NCBI GenBank assembly: GCA_951406725.2
Contig: OX597817.1
Span: 131,192,001 to 131,256,000 of the forward strand
Length of the DNA: 64,000 nt
DNA from: Octopus vulgaris
Lineage: Eukaryota
Direction: 5' to 3'
Part shown: piece after piece, positions 30,262-41,553 of the stretch
How the letters are laid out: every line of letters starts with the position of its first letter
Position numbering within the stretch: the stretch's first letter is position 1
The notes under the pieces: generated by a model
Databases searched by the model: none
What the model saw: only the letters and a program-made list of their open reading frames with translations
What the model was told of the DNA's origin: nothing
Program-made: the position numbers and the translations under genes

Positions 30262-30310
30262 TCGAAAAATACCTATGGAATGAGAACCTAGGTTTTTTAA
30301 TTTCTCGAAG

Positions 30311-30354
30311 ACACCTGATGAAGGCTGGAGGGTATATCAGCCGAAACGTTGTGT
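30311..30354 (+). ncRNA. Minimal type I hammerhead ribozyme
   Basis: ACAC-CUGAUGA-a-GGCUG(gagggtatat)CAGCC-GAAA-CG-UU-GUGU; stem III reduced to CG as in PLE minimal HHRs. Confidence 0.8.
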
Positions 30355-30435
30355 TAACAACAATCATGATGAGGACAAATATCCGTCAAATATAAATAAT
30401 GTAAATAATGTAGATGGAATGAAGTCCTAGAGAGC

Positions 30436-33400
30436 TGTAGTGACGTCATATTCCAGTGTGCGCACACGCAACGTCATTCTTCAGTGTGCGTGTGCGGTAC
30501 GTCACCTTTGTAGTGACGTCATGTTCCAGTGTGCGCACACGCAACGTCATTCTTCAGTGTGCGTGTGCGGGGTTGGAACCTTCTGGAACCTTCTGGAAAG
30601 GCATAAGGAAGATCCCTCATGCACATGCGCTAGAGACTGAAGAAAAAATTCCATAGCGTTCCTTAATAGCATCGGGGACTTGTGACACGGCGATAGAAGA
30701 GAAAGGACGTATATTTTGAAACCTGTGATCAGCCTATTCTCCTGTCTCAGACGCTTAGGATTTAACCTGTTCTACTGCTGCTGAATTGTTGTAAAGCTTA
30801 CAAACGTTTGAATTCAGCCTTGCTGTGTTGAACTAGGTGGATATCAGCATACCATCGTGTTTCATTGTTGAACCAAGAAAATAAAGAATTATATATATTT
30901 TTAAACTTGCTTTTCGTTCCTGACTGGTAGTTTCTAGAAACAAAAAGAAAGGAAATTGTGTTGCACCCAAGTTGCACCCCAAAAGTGTAAAGAAGCAACC
31001 AGTTCCCTTTACAGTAGTGACCCCGAGTTCTGGTCATAGACCATAGAACACTTAACAGAAATCTAGTTTCTACCAACAGTTATAAAAGGAGCCTCTCTTA
31101 TCTTCCGCAATAATGACGACGCTAACATACACCAGCAACACAGGACGTTTACACCACGGACGCCTTCATCTCAACGATGACTTTCTCTGCCGTCGCAATC
31201 ACCATCGTCGTCCTTCAATTTCACGTCGTCTCCATCTTCGTCGCCAGCAACACTAATATGTATTTTACTACGAACTAAGCAACCATGTGTCTCAAGTCCA
31301 CCACTGTCGCCTTCACCACCGTCGACCTCAACGATATGTACACAGCAACTCGCTGAAGTTTAGCTTACACGCTGTTCGTGTATACACACCAAGATTAACA
31401 GCACAGCACTACCTGCGAGATCTTCTGTACCAATGTAACCTGGCACAGCATTGAAGCCACAACCGCTACACGACATGTGTTCAACCGGCATCTGCACTTG
31501 TGATCCCAACATCCTGTTACAGAACGAACTGCTATTTTGTACTTAACTACTAACTGGTAAATTAACTCCATCTTGTCTGAAATACCCTGAGAGACTTTTG
31601 CTATGCGCTGTATTTTGATTTGCCCGCATACACTTTGTACTTCTGTCGCACACACGAACACACATAGTTAATACACACACAAATGCTATCTCTGTCACAT
31701 TCATACGTCACACATGCCTTACTTGCTTGTTTTTCCATGCTCAATGTGCCCTTGTAGACACAACTCATCTCTGTAAGACCCTAGGTCGGTCACGTATACA
31801 TAGAGAAAGTTGTTTGTCCCTTACAACGCACCAGCATGCCACACTTTTGTTCCTGCACGATCGAGGCATATAATAGCTCAAGCACTGGCTGGCAGCCTCA
31901 GCCTTACTGCATTAATCACTGGCATATTCAATACTGTACACTGTATTTCAGCCTAGTAAGCCCTATTGCACTCATGCACCTCTGTTCTGCACGTGTACTC
32001 CCTTGTTTCGCAACACGTCTGCGTCAGCTCAATTCTTCTCCCGACTCAAAGAACGTCGGATGTCCACATGCGCTGCGCTCATGTTTAGGCATAATTTCCC
32101 CCTGTTAGACCCCTGTTGGTCACGTAATTAACAGAGAAAATTATCTGTCTCGCGCATCACTCCAGCATGCTTACACTGTTGCCCTTGCTAACCTTACTCA
32201 TTCAGCTGAAGCACTGTCTGCCTTTGAGTTACTAGCGATCTATCTGTCAATTCCATTTCCTCTCCTGCAGCAATTGAGTTAACTGCTATTTCGCAGGATC
32301 AACCATCTTTAGCGGAGTTGGATTTAACTTCGCCTAAGTTTATCAATTGTAAGTTTGCCTACCGACCGCTCCCTTCAGCAGAAGGCTCTATTCTTTGTGA
32401 CGTATCCACCGGTTCTCCTAGACCGTTAGTACCTGAGAAACATCAACGTTCTGTTTTTGATGCTCTTCATTCATTGTCGCATCCGGGTATCTCTGCCACA
32501 GTACTTTTGGCCCAATATGCGACGATCGATTACCTCTTGGGCACGCTTTTGTTTGAAGTGCCAGAGTGCTAAAGTCCATAGACACGTTCGTGCTCCACTT
32601 GGACAGTTTTCTTCTCCTGAGGCCCGTTTTCGCCATGTCCACCTTGATTTGGTTGGACCATGGCCTGTGAGTAACGGGTTCTCATATATTTTAACTTTTA
32701 TCGATCGTTTCTCACGTTTTGCCGGAAGCTATTCCCATTCACACATGCACCTTTGACAACACCACCATTTACACATGCACCTTTATCAACACTAACATCG
32801 GCAACACCACCTTCGTCGTCGCAGCCTGCCTCGAACAAACCTTATGTTACGAGGTCAGGCAGAACTGTTCACTGGCCGAAGAAACTTTAAAAGACGATTT
32901 ATATTTAACATTCTCAATTGACTTCCCAGTGACAGTTACGATACTAATTGAACTTTGTTCATTTGAGTATTATTTTTTCTTTTCCTTTGCTGCATGCTTG
33001 TTTATATTATGGATTTTTTTGTTTTAATTTGTCATAGTGTGTGCCATTTTGGTGATTTGGTATCCACCTTATATTCTGAAGCCACTACAAGGAATTTTGT
33101 TTCGTGCTTCCGCACTCGAGGGGGGGGGGGGGCTTTGTGGTGACGTCATATTCCAGTGTGCGCACACGCAACGTCATTCTTCAGTGTGCGTGTGCGGTAC
33201 GTCACCTTTGTAGTGACGTCATGTTCCAGTGTGCGCACACGCAACGTCATTCTTCAGTGTGCGTGTGCGGAACGTCTTTCTTCAGTGTGCGTGTGCGGGG
33301 TTGGAACCTTCTGGAACCTTCTGGAAAGGCATAAGGAAGTTCCCTCATGCACATGCGCTAGAGACTGAAGAATAAATTCCATAGCGTTCCTTAATAGCAT

Positions 33401-33741
33401 CGGGGACTTGTGACACGGCGATAGAAGAGAAAGGACGTATATTTTGAAACCTGTGATCAGCCTATTCTCCTGTCCCAGACGCTTAGGATTTAACCTGTTC
33501 TACTGCTGCTGAATTGTTGTAAAGCTTACAAACGTTTGAATTCAGCCTTGCTGCGTTGAACTAGGTGGATATCAGCATACCATCGTGTTTCATTGTTGAA
33601 CCAAGAAAATAAAGAATTATATATATTTTTAAACTTGCTTTTCGTTCCTGACTGGTAGTTTCTAGAAACAAAAAGAAAGGAAATTGTGTTGCACCCAAGT
33701 TGCACCCCAAAAGCGTAAAGAAGCAACCAGTTCCCTTTACA
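30436..33741 (+). mobile_element. Internally deleted Gypsy LTR retrotransposon (CsRn1-like)
   Basis: LTRs 30436-31013 and 33136-33741 (TGT...ACA, nearly identical). PBS TAGTGACCCCGA resembles the tRNA-Trp 3' complement. G-rich PPT just before 33136. 4-bp TSD GAGC/AAGC. Confidence 0.92.
32300..32740 (+). pseudogene. Gypsy integrase fragment (HHCC zinc domain and start of core)
   Basis: LCDVSTGSPRPLVP...LHSLSHPGI...FWPNMRRSITSWARFCLKCQSAKVHRH...FRHVHLDLVGPWP...IDRFSRF. Confidence 0.9.
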
Positions 33742-33819
33742 AAGCAATGGAAATTACGCTAACGAATATTGTCTTAATCATGGGCGTTTTCATTTTTAAT
33801 AGAGACGTTAAAATCGGCC

Positions 33820-33870
<51 letters not shown>

Positions 33871-34293
33871 ATACATATAATTAGCGGTCAGCTGATTGCC
33901 TCACCACATATTGAATTTAGAAATAGGAGTTAAAAATTCCTTTTCATGAAATGTCAAATTTACTCCATGATATAATACTACAGTTTTCTGTGCTATTGTC
34001 GTAACGCACATGGGGGTACAAGGGATGAATAGTGTATTCACATTTGGCTGTGTAAATATTGGAAGTGTTGGTTGGATATCTGTTACGCGATGACGCTCGA
34101 TTGTGTGCATTTTTAACCCTAGCACTTTAAATTTTATAATTGGAAATGCTACACTGAAGTGAGAAGTAACTAATTTAAATACTCTAATCTCGAAACGCGC
34201 ATGTGACTAATCGGGGTCGCGTTCATTCATTGCTTTTCTCTTTGCCTACGTAAAAAATGTGTTACTGTCGTGGAGATTCTTATGGTATATATT

Positions 34294-34339
<46 letters not shown>

Positions 34340-34345
<6 letters not shown>

Positions 34346-35343
34346 AAACTGAGAATGTGTGTCTGTCTGTCTGTGTGTTTCCCTAAAACATGAGAACTAT
34401 ACCACCAATTTCATTCAAATTTTACCCATGCCTTACTTAGGGTCCATGTAGGTTCATGGGAAAAAAAAGTTCAACTTCTTGCCTAGAGCGAGCGCATAGC
34501 AATATCATATCTTCTCCACTATTTCAGTATTACTTGTTAAAAGTGAAACAAAACCATTTCTCTATTTTATGTCAGATACTTTTACTTTAACAATAAAAAT
34601 AATAACAACCATTGAATTATATGTAGTAAGTAATAATTAAAATCAAACTAAATTATAATATAATCGTAACATAACAAAAGTAAAAATAGCAATTGGTATA
34701 AAATTGCATCAATGACTTGAACTTGAATAAGTGGTTTCACATGAATGGGAATAAATTAAAAATAAAATTTAAGTGCAGAAATGGAATAGTCCAGATGGAT
34801 AATAAAAAATTAAATTAAAGAAGAGACTATTGTCTATAAACTATACAATGTAGAGAAAAATAAGATTTGAACACATGGAGGAAAGCACCTTCAAAAAGTG
34901 TCTTGGTGCGACTATGAAAGATATCTAACTAGAGGCGGTATATTCGCCACAATAGAAGCAAGGTTCGAGTCAACGGCGCGTGCAAGGGAGTACTCGACTT
35001 GAACTTGCAAAGTGGAAATATTTTAGTTTTACCTTTATATCTGGGACGTAGGATGTGCCGGAAAAAATTTAAAATGCCGCCTCCCAGAAGTACAGGTAGG
35101 CTGGATTGTAGCCACACTTCTATACAAGAGGGAGGACAAGATACAATTGATCGAAATTACAAGAGACAGGCTAACAATTCCAGTCTGTTATATATTTTGA
35201 GTATTGTTATCACTAGCGATATCAAGATATAACTTTGTATTTTGTATTTTATGTGTAGATGTATATATATATGTACACATATATATACACATATATACAT
35301 GCACTAGCACTATCACCCGGCAACGACGGGCCTTTAATGCTAG
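34340..35343 (+). mobile_element. Non-autonomous Helitron
   Basis: 5' TATATAAAA...(GTCT)n; 3' hairpin CCCGGCAACGACGGG followed by CTAG (35340-35343) then T. Confidence 0.75.
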
Positions 35344-35390
35344 TATATATATATATATTATGTATGTATGTATATTTATATGTATATATG

Positions 35391-35454
<64 letters not shown>

Positions 35455-36088
35455 GGAATATTATTCCAAACTTACAGGGAAAATTCAATTTAGAAATACT
35501 AAATCAAATTTCACAAAATAAAATACATATATATAAATTAGAAAAAAAACGCCTTTTATTAATTCAATAATGAAAAAGTGAAATTATACCATTTAGAAAA
35601 ATTAATTTTTTTAAATCGTATAATTTAATTTCTTCATTATTGTATTGATAAAAGGTGTTTTTTTTTTCTAATTTATATGTATATATAGTAGAAATATGTT
35701 GCTAAAAGAAAATATATACACGTGGAAATGTAAGGGGAAAATAAGAAAAATCAATGAAAATGCACATTGTAAATAAAAAAAAGAAAAGGCTTTTTATGAA
35801 AGGTAACACAGATATATACATTTAGATGGACTGACGTAGTAACATAAGTCATAACAGTCATTATTATGAGATGATTAAAAAGTCAGAAAAGCAAAGCATA
35901 CCATGGTTTCGTCATTGCTTTGAATAAACACTGGCTAATGAACGGTGTCAGGTCTAATAGTTCCTGAGTAAAAAGATTATTTGTAAGGGAGGTAAGTAGT
36001 TCTGGGTTTAATGCAGTTGTGTTAGATATAGAATTGTAATGTGAATGGCGTAGGGAGTGTATAGGGGTTAGTGGTGTTAATTGAAGGG

Positions 36089-38360
36089 CTAGTGGTGTTC
36101 TGTATTAAGTTGTGTGTTCATATTTAGTTGGGGAAGATTTTTATTGATGAAAATTGCCTCTTTATTCAACCTTTGTTGCATTCTGGTGTTCTGTGAACAT
36201 TGATAGAAGGGGAAGATTTGGAAATTAAGATTAAGATTCCTGGCACACCTTTCTATGTGTTCACTAGCCTGTAACTGTCTGTATTGTGGGTGGAGGATTT
36301 GCTCTTTGTGGATGGTGGTTCTTCGACAGTGTGATATTCCTGTTTGTCCAATATAGTGGTTACCACATCCTAAGCATGTCATGACATAGATTAGATTTTC
36401 CGAGGCGCAGGTAAAATTTGATTTGGTCTTAAATATTTCTTCTTGTTTGAAGTGAAATTCTGAACCTTCCACAGATAGGACGACCACATTTTTTCTCTTT
36501 TGGCTCTGTTGTTAGTGGATATAGTCTTGCACTAGTTAATATGTTTTTCAGTGACTTCGGTTGCTTTTTGCTTTTTATAATTTTGTATGAGCTTAACATT
36601 TCGTTCATTGTTTTGTCTGCTGTGACGATGGGAAGATTTTGGGTGATAATGTTGAAGGCTTCGTTGTTTCTAGGGTTATGTGTGGAAATGTACGGGAGTA
36701 TTTTTAAGTCTGGTGTAGTATTTCGGCTGGTTTGCCTTAACATTTGTATATCTACTTCCTTAGCTCTTTTAATGCCTTCATTTATTAATGAGATTGGGTA
36801 ATGTCTTTTAGTTAGTGTTGATCTAAGTTCCAGGAGTGATTGTTCACGAGTGTATGTATCCGTAACTATGGTACAAATTCTTTTCGCTAGATTAAAAGGT
36901 ATATCAATATTATGTGTTTGGGGTGGCAAGAGTTAAATAATAGGTATTGTTTAGAATCTGTGGGTTAATAAAAGATGTCTGTTTCTATGTGGTTGTTAAC
37001 TATTTTAATTAAGATGTCTAGAAAAGGGAGTTGTTTACTGTTGTGTTCCATAGTGAATTGTATATTGCTATGTATTTTGTTAAGCATTATTTTGAAATCA
37101 AGGAGTTTATCCATGCTGTCTTTCCAAAGTATGAAGCAATCATCAAAATATCTCTTCCAGTTCTCCTTTAAATAGAAATTAAAAGAGGCGCCATATTTTT
37201 CTAGTGATGATTGGTATAACTTAAGTTCTAGGTAACCCATTACAAGGTTTGCAATCACTGGAGCAGCTCTAGTTCCCATTGCAATTGCACAATTTTGTCG
37301 ATAGTAAGTTGTATCGATCATGAAATAATTGTTCAGCAAGATGAATTTGAGTGCTTCAATTATAAAACTGTGGTTAATGCGTCCTGGGATCTCTTCTGGG
37401 TATTTTTCTAGCCAGAATGTGATTGCTTCTATACCATAGTCGTGTGGGATATTGGTGTATAGATTCACCACATCGAAAGATACCAGCAGGGTTCCGTCCT
37501 TTACTGTCTTCGGGAGGTGGTTCAGCATGTCTAGGTCATCCCTGATAAAGCTTTTCACATATTTTAAAAAAGGTTTGAGTAATATGTCGAGGAAGTTGCT
37601 CAAACGGTGGGTTTCACAAGAAGGGCCAGCTATGATGGGTCTCAGTTTGAGGTCAGTAGGGGGAGGGACATTAATGCATAGGCTTGTAGAGACTTTGCAG
37701 GCTTCACAAATGTGTGGATTTTTATGTATTTTGGGTAATCCGTAGAATAGACTAGGACTGTATTTAAAATTGGATAAATAGTCTATTTCATGTTTAGTGA
37801 GACCCTTTCCTTGAATTTGGAGTAAGGAGGATAAGTTTTTCAGTGTTTTCTGTGGGTTGTAATGTATTAATTTCTCATAGTAAGTATTAATTTTCAACAT
37901 GGAAAGTATTAGATTTTTGTAGTACTCTTATCCATCACTACTACCGCACTTCCTTTGTCGGCTTCTTTAATGGTGAGGTTTATGTCATTTTTTAGCTCGA
38001 CAAGGTCTTTCCATTCATTTAAATTAAGGTTGGATTTCATTTGTTGTTTTGGTAGGGTATTGTAAGGAAAACAGTTTATGTGTTCACAAAAAACATCAAG
38101 TGCTTTATTTCTGCCTTTTGTAGGCCGGTATTCACTTTTGTTTTTCAATATTGAGTCATCTTCGCTGGTGTAGTTGTGAAGTGCTTCTGTGAGGCGTAAT
38201 TTTCGGCAGAAATCCATAGTATTGTCCTTAATTTCATTTGGGTTCGATCTGCGGGGGGTAGGGGTAAATTTTAAACCTCTTGCTAGGATATTGGTTTGTG
38301 TAAAACTCAAGATTTTCTTTGACAGGTTGATTATTTTCGGTTGGTTTTGTTTATTTTGTT
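36089..38360 (-). pseudogene. Penelope-like RT plus GIY-YIG ORF (Neptune/Nematis type), near full length, frameshifted
   Basis: IINLS...GLKFTPTP, KEADKGSAVVVMD, YGLPKIHK, LRPIIAGP, SFDVVNLYTNIP, AMGT, RYFDD, LPFLDI, NLIYVMTCLGCGNHYIGQTG. Confidence 0.93.
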
Positions 38361-38363
38361 CCA

Positions 38364-38430
<67 letters not shown>

Positions 38431-38454
38431 TGTATGTATGTATGTATGTGTGTG

Positions 38455-38665
38455 TATGTTTCTGTCGGTATGTTTGTCCCCCACCACCGCTTGAGCACTG
38501 TTGTTGATATCTTCCCGCCGCTGTTACCTTCGTGGTTCGGCCTAAGAAACCGATAAAATAGGTACTAGCCTTAAAAGGTACACAAGGAGTGGCTTCAATT
38601 AGTCGGATTAAAAGTGCTCTAGGTAGTGTCGCAGTACGGCCGCAATCTAGTGACTGAAAAGAAAC
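38455..38665 (+). mobile_element. Octopus-type SINE 3' half, decayed
   Basis: TGTTTGTCCCCCACCACCGCTTGA...GGTTCGGC...TGACTGAAA is homologous to the 7680-8097 SINE. Confidence 0.7.
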
Positions 38666-39385
38666 GAAAGGAAATTAGATATAACGCATAAAGGGAATTA
38701 ACTCTTTCCATATTTAATGAATGTGTTTGTAACATCTTTTACAGTGAAACCGAAAATTGAAATCAAAAGCACAAACACCGAATACATTGTAATGGCCAAG
38801 TGTCCATTACCATTTACTACAATAAAATGTTACCAAGGAAATGTAAGGCAATGAAACATTGTTTTCTTTCTCTCTATCTGTCGAATGACAGATGTTTGTC
38901 TCAAATCTCTTCTAAATGTGAAATTTTGAAATTTCGTGTAAATATTTCTCATTTAGGAAAAATATTAGAAGGGTTTCAAGTGATTATTTTTAACCAATCA
39001 GAAAACAGATTTTAGGAGTTGGGAGTTTTCTGTGGGATGGCTGCATGCGATTCCATTATACATACATAAATACTTATATACATACATACATGTGTGTGCG
39101 TGTGTGTGTGTTGGCTTTTACACGATGTGCTTCTTTCAGTTTCCATATAACAAATCTACTCGCAAAGCTTTGCTTGTCTTGTAGCATAAGACACTTGCTC
39201 AAGATGGTAAGCAGATGGACTGATCGCGGAGCTATACATACAGACAGACAGACCCCCACCCGCACACACACACCAACACACATATCTATATATTGATAAA
39301 CTACTAAAATAAATAAACACGTCGTATCAAGCTGTTTTCTTGGTATGTTGTTTTTGTTTATTCATTATATATCTTGAATTATGCA

Positions 39386-39447
39386 CACACTGAAGAGTAA
39401 AGAGTGCATATTATTGCACTGATTACGAAATCAAAGTATGATATGTG
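39386..39447 (+). ncRNA. Type I hammerhead ribozyme
   Basis: CACA-CUGAAGA-GUAA..AGUGCA..UGCACU..UUAC-GAAA-UCA(aagua)UGA-UA-UGUG; intact core, predicted cut after A39443. Confidence 0.88.
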
Positions 39448-39691
39448 GCTAAATTCTGTTTTTAAATGGCCTGCTTCGAGAATTGTTTCGGTACGATGTG
39501 TTTATTTATTTTAGTAGTTTTGACTTTAAGAGTCCCTACTAGCGTGAGGCATCTATGTGTAATAGTGCCCTCTATATAATATAGATAAATAAATTTAAAA
39601 GAAAAAATTGATGGTTTTTTTTCTCTTATGAGGTTTTTCACGCTAACTACTTGATAAATTCTTATGAAGATTTTATCCTATTTTTAAATTG

Positions 39692-39728
<37 letters not shown>

Positions 39729-39751
39729 TTTATTTAAAAAAGTTAACAAAA

Positions 39752-39789
39752 CTGTCCGACGAACGGGAACGTGAAACTCCGAGTAACAG
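39752..39789 (+). ncRNA. Hammerhead ribozyme with U4C core variant
   Basis: CUGU-CCGACGA-ACG(GGAA)CGU-GAAA-CUC(C)GAG-UA-ACAG; stem I extends through AACAAAA/UUUUGUU. Confidence 0.7.
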
Positions 39790-40839
39790 GTTTTGTTGAA
39801 TTTCTGCTGCTTTTAAATAAAGCATATTACTCTACCCCTAGTATTTGAGTAATCTTTTTCCACCTTGTTTCACATTTATGTGTTTACTCCGGTATATATA
39901 TATATATCAGGAGGCACAGGTGTCAGTCCATTACGGCCGTTTCCAACAACTGTAATTCATTAATGAAAACATTACATCATTGCAAAAAGCAGTTTTCATC
40001 CCATGAATCCATGAGCTTAAAGCATAAAGGAGAATTCGACTGCTTTGCCACAGTTATAAATATTTACATTGATTCTGCTACTATTCAGTTGGCAGAATGT
40101 ATTTACCAGAGTAGTGTAGATCTGGTCAGAAATAAAACAAGCCTAGTGACCAATAGATTGTTTAGTAGGGATAGGAATAATTTGCCATAAGTGACCCAGT
40201 TACCATACTTCTAACAATAGAAGGAGCTGCACCAATCGTCTAGGTTTGTGTTCTTAGGAAGTTGCTTCTGTTAATTGGTCCGTGGGGAGTTAATTAACGC
40301 TAAGTCAACTTACTTAAATATTATATATGGCAATAGAAAGTCTTTATCTTCGCAAATGGATAAATCATTAAGTAGTACCTTATTTATATTAAAGGCTAAA
40401 TGTAGTAATTTATTTATATCAAATGTCTTATGTTTATTTAATATCTTTTATTTTTATTTTTTATGAATGATAATAATCATGTTATATTTTTATATTTTAT
40501 ATCTCTATACCGTTATAAATTTCGATATATTAGTTACCTTTATAAATTATTCTCGTATATTAGTATTTTTTTGCAGTTTTATATTATTTACACTTTTTAA
40601 TTTTTATATATCTCGTGGTATACTTTACACTTATATTTTTTATATTTTTATACAAATTATATTCATTTATTAGCTTAAAGATGAAAATATTCAATTTTTG
40701 TATCTGAATAGAACTCTATATCATTTTAAAAATCTTACCTTATGACTAGTATCTAATTTTATTATGTCCTAGTATTATACTCCCGTAATAGTGATCAAAG
40801 TTCTAATGACTTTTGTACTGTTATATTATGTGTATCAAT

Positions 40840-41374
40840 ATTTATAATTCTGAAATGAGAAAGTTTGTTTGTTTGTCTGGTTTTTGGCATTGGAACGGGT
40901 TAAAAGGCACTAGATCCCGTCGGATTGACTCCAACATTTACAGAGATATGTACAATGAGGTGAGGATGTGAGTGGGTTAAGTTAGAAATCCCTATCTTAA
41001 AAGGTGTCGTTACTAGGGCCAAAAACCCACACTTTGACAAATCTTCTCTCATTCTCTTATCTGCCTGTTTTCCTCCGACTCTCTCTCTCTCTTTCCTCCC
41101 TTCCTTTCACGTTCTCTCTATAACGTCGTTTGACAACATCTACGATCTTTCCCCCGCCGCTTTCGCCAGCGCTGTCACTCTTTCTGCCACATCCTCTCTC
41201 TCTCTACGTCTGTCTGCATTCATAGAGAGAATTGTTATCGCCACATCCACCACACAACCATGCGAACAAATATTATAAGTCAGATATTTATTGGGTTAAT
41301 TTATATATGTGTGTGTGTTCTCTCTATAAATATGTATATATAATGTATATATACAAAGTGTATATATCTGTATT

Positions 41375-41426
<52 letters not shown>

Positions 41427-41512
41427 GTATACATCTGTATTTATAATGCGTACACATACACACACATATATATATAATGCGTATATATGTACATATATAT
41501 ATTTAATGCGTA

Positions 41513-41553
<41 letters not shown>

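Larger units (their letters stand above)
29858..30411 (+). mobile_element. Penelope/Poseidon-type PLE 3' end with tRNA-like segment, (AAT)n and hammerhead
   Basis: LWDELKIIDREDHWKIRKLKEAAQML (GIY-YIG C-terminus), then tRNA-like 30054-30126, (AAT)n, and HHR 30311-30354. Confidence 0.75.
28860..33825 (+). mobile_element. Decayed mariner transposon interrupted by a PLE tail (29858-30411) and an LTR element (30436-33741)
   Basis: LVTGDERWI, KIMLSVW, LFHHLNARPH, LLHPQYSP..SDYHFF in about 29360-29855. The C-terminus RWNEVLES (30412-30435) resumes as (S)NGNY after 33741. Outer ends approximate. Confidence 0.8.

Noticed and set aside
35890-35955. GAAA-CCAUGG-UA at the PLE 3' end (minus strand)
   Set aside because: 5' core unrecognisable; cannot be supported as a ribozyme.
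39920-40010. Minus-strand GAAA-CGGCCG-UA half of a hammerhead
   Set aside because: No credible CUGANGA or stem I partner found.
40200-40680. Possible decayed PLE endonuclease (YGNRKS motif)
   Set aside because: Too degenerate and AT-rich to support by eye.
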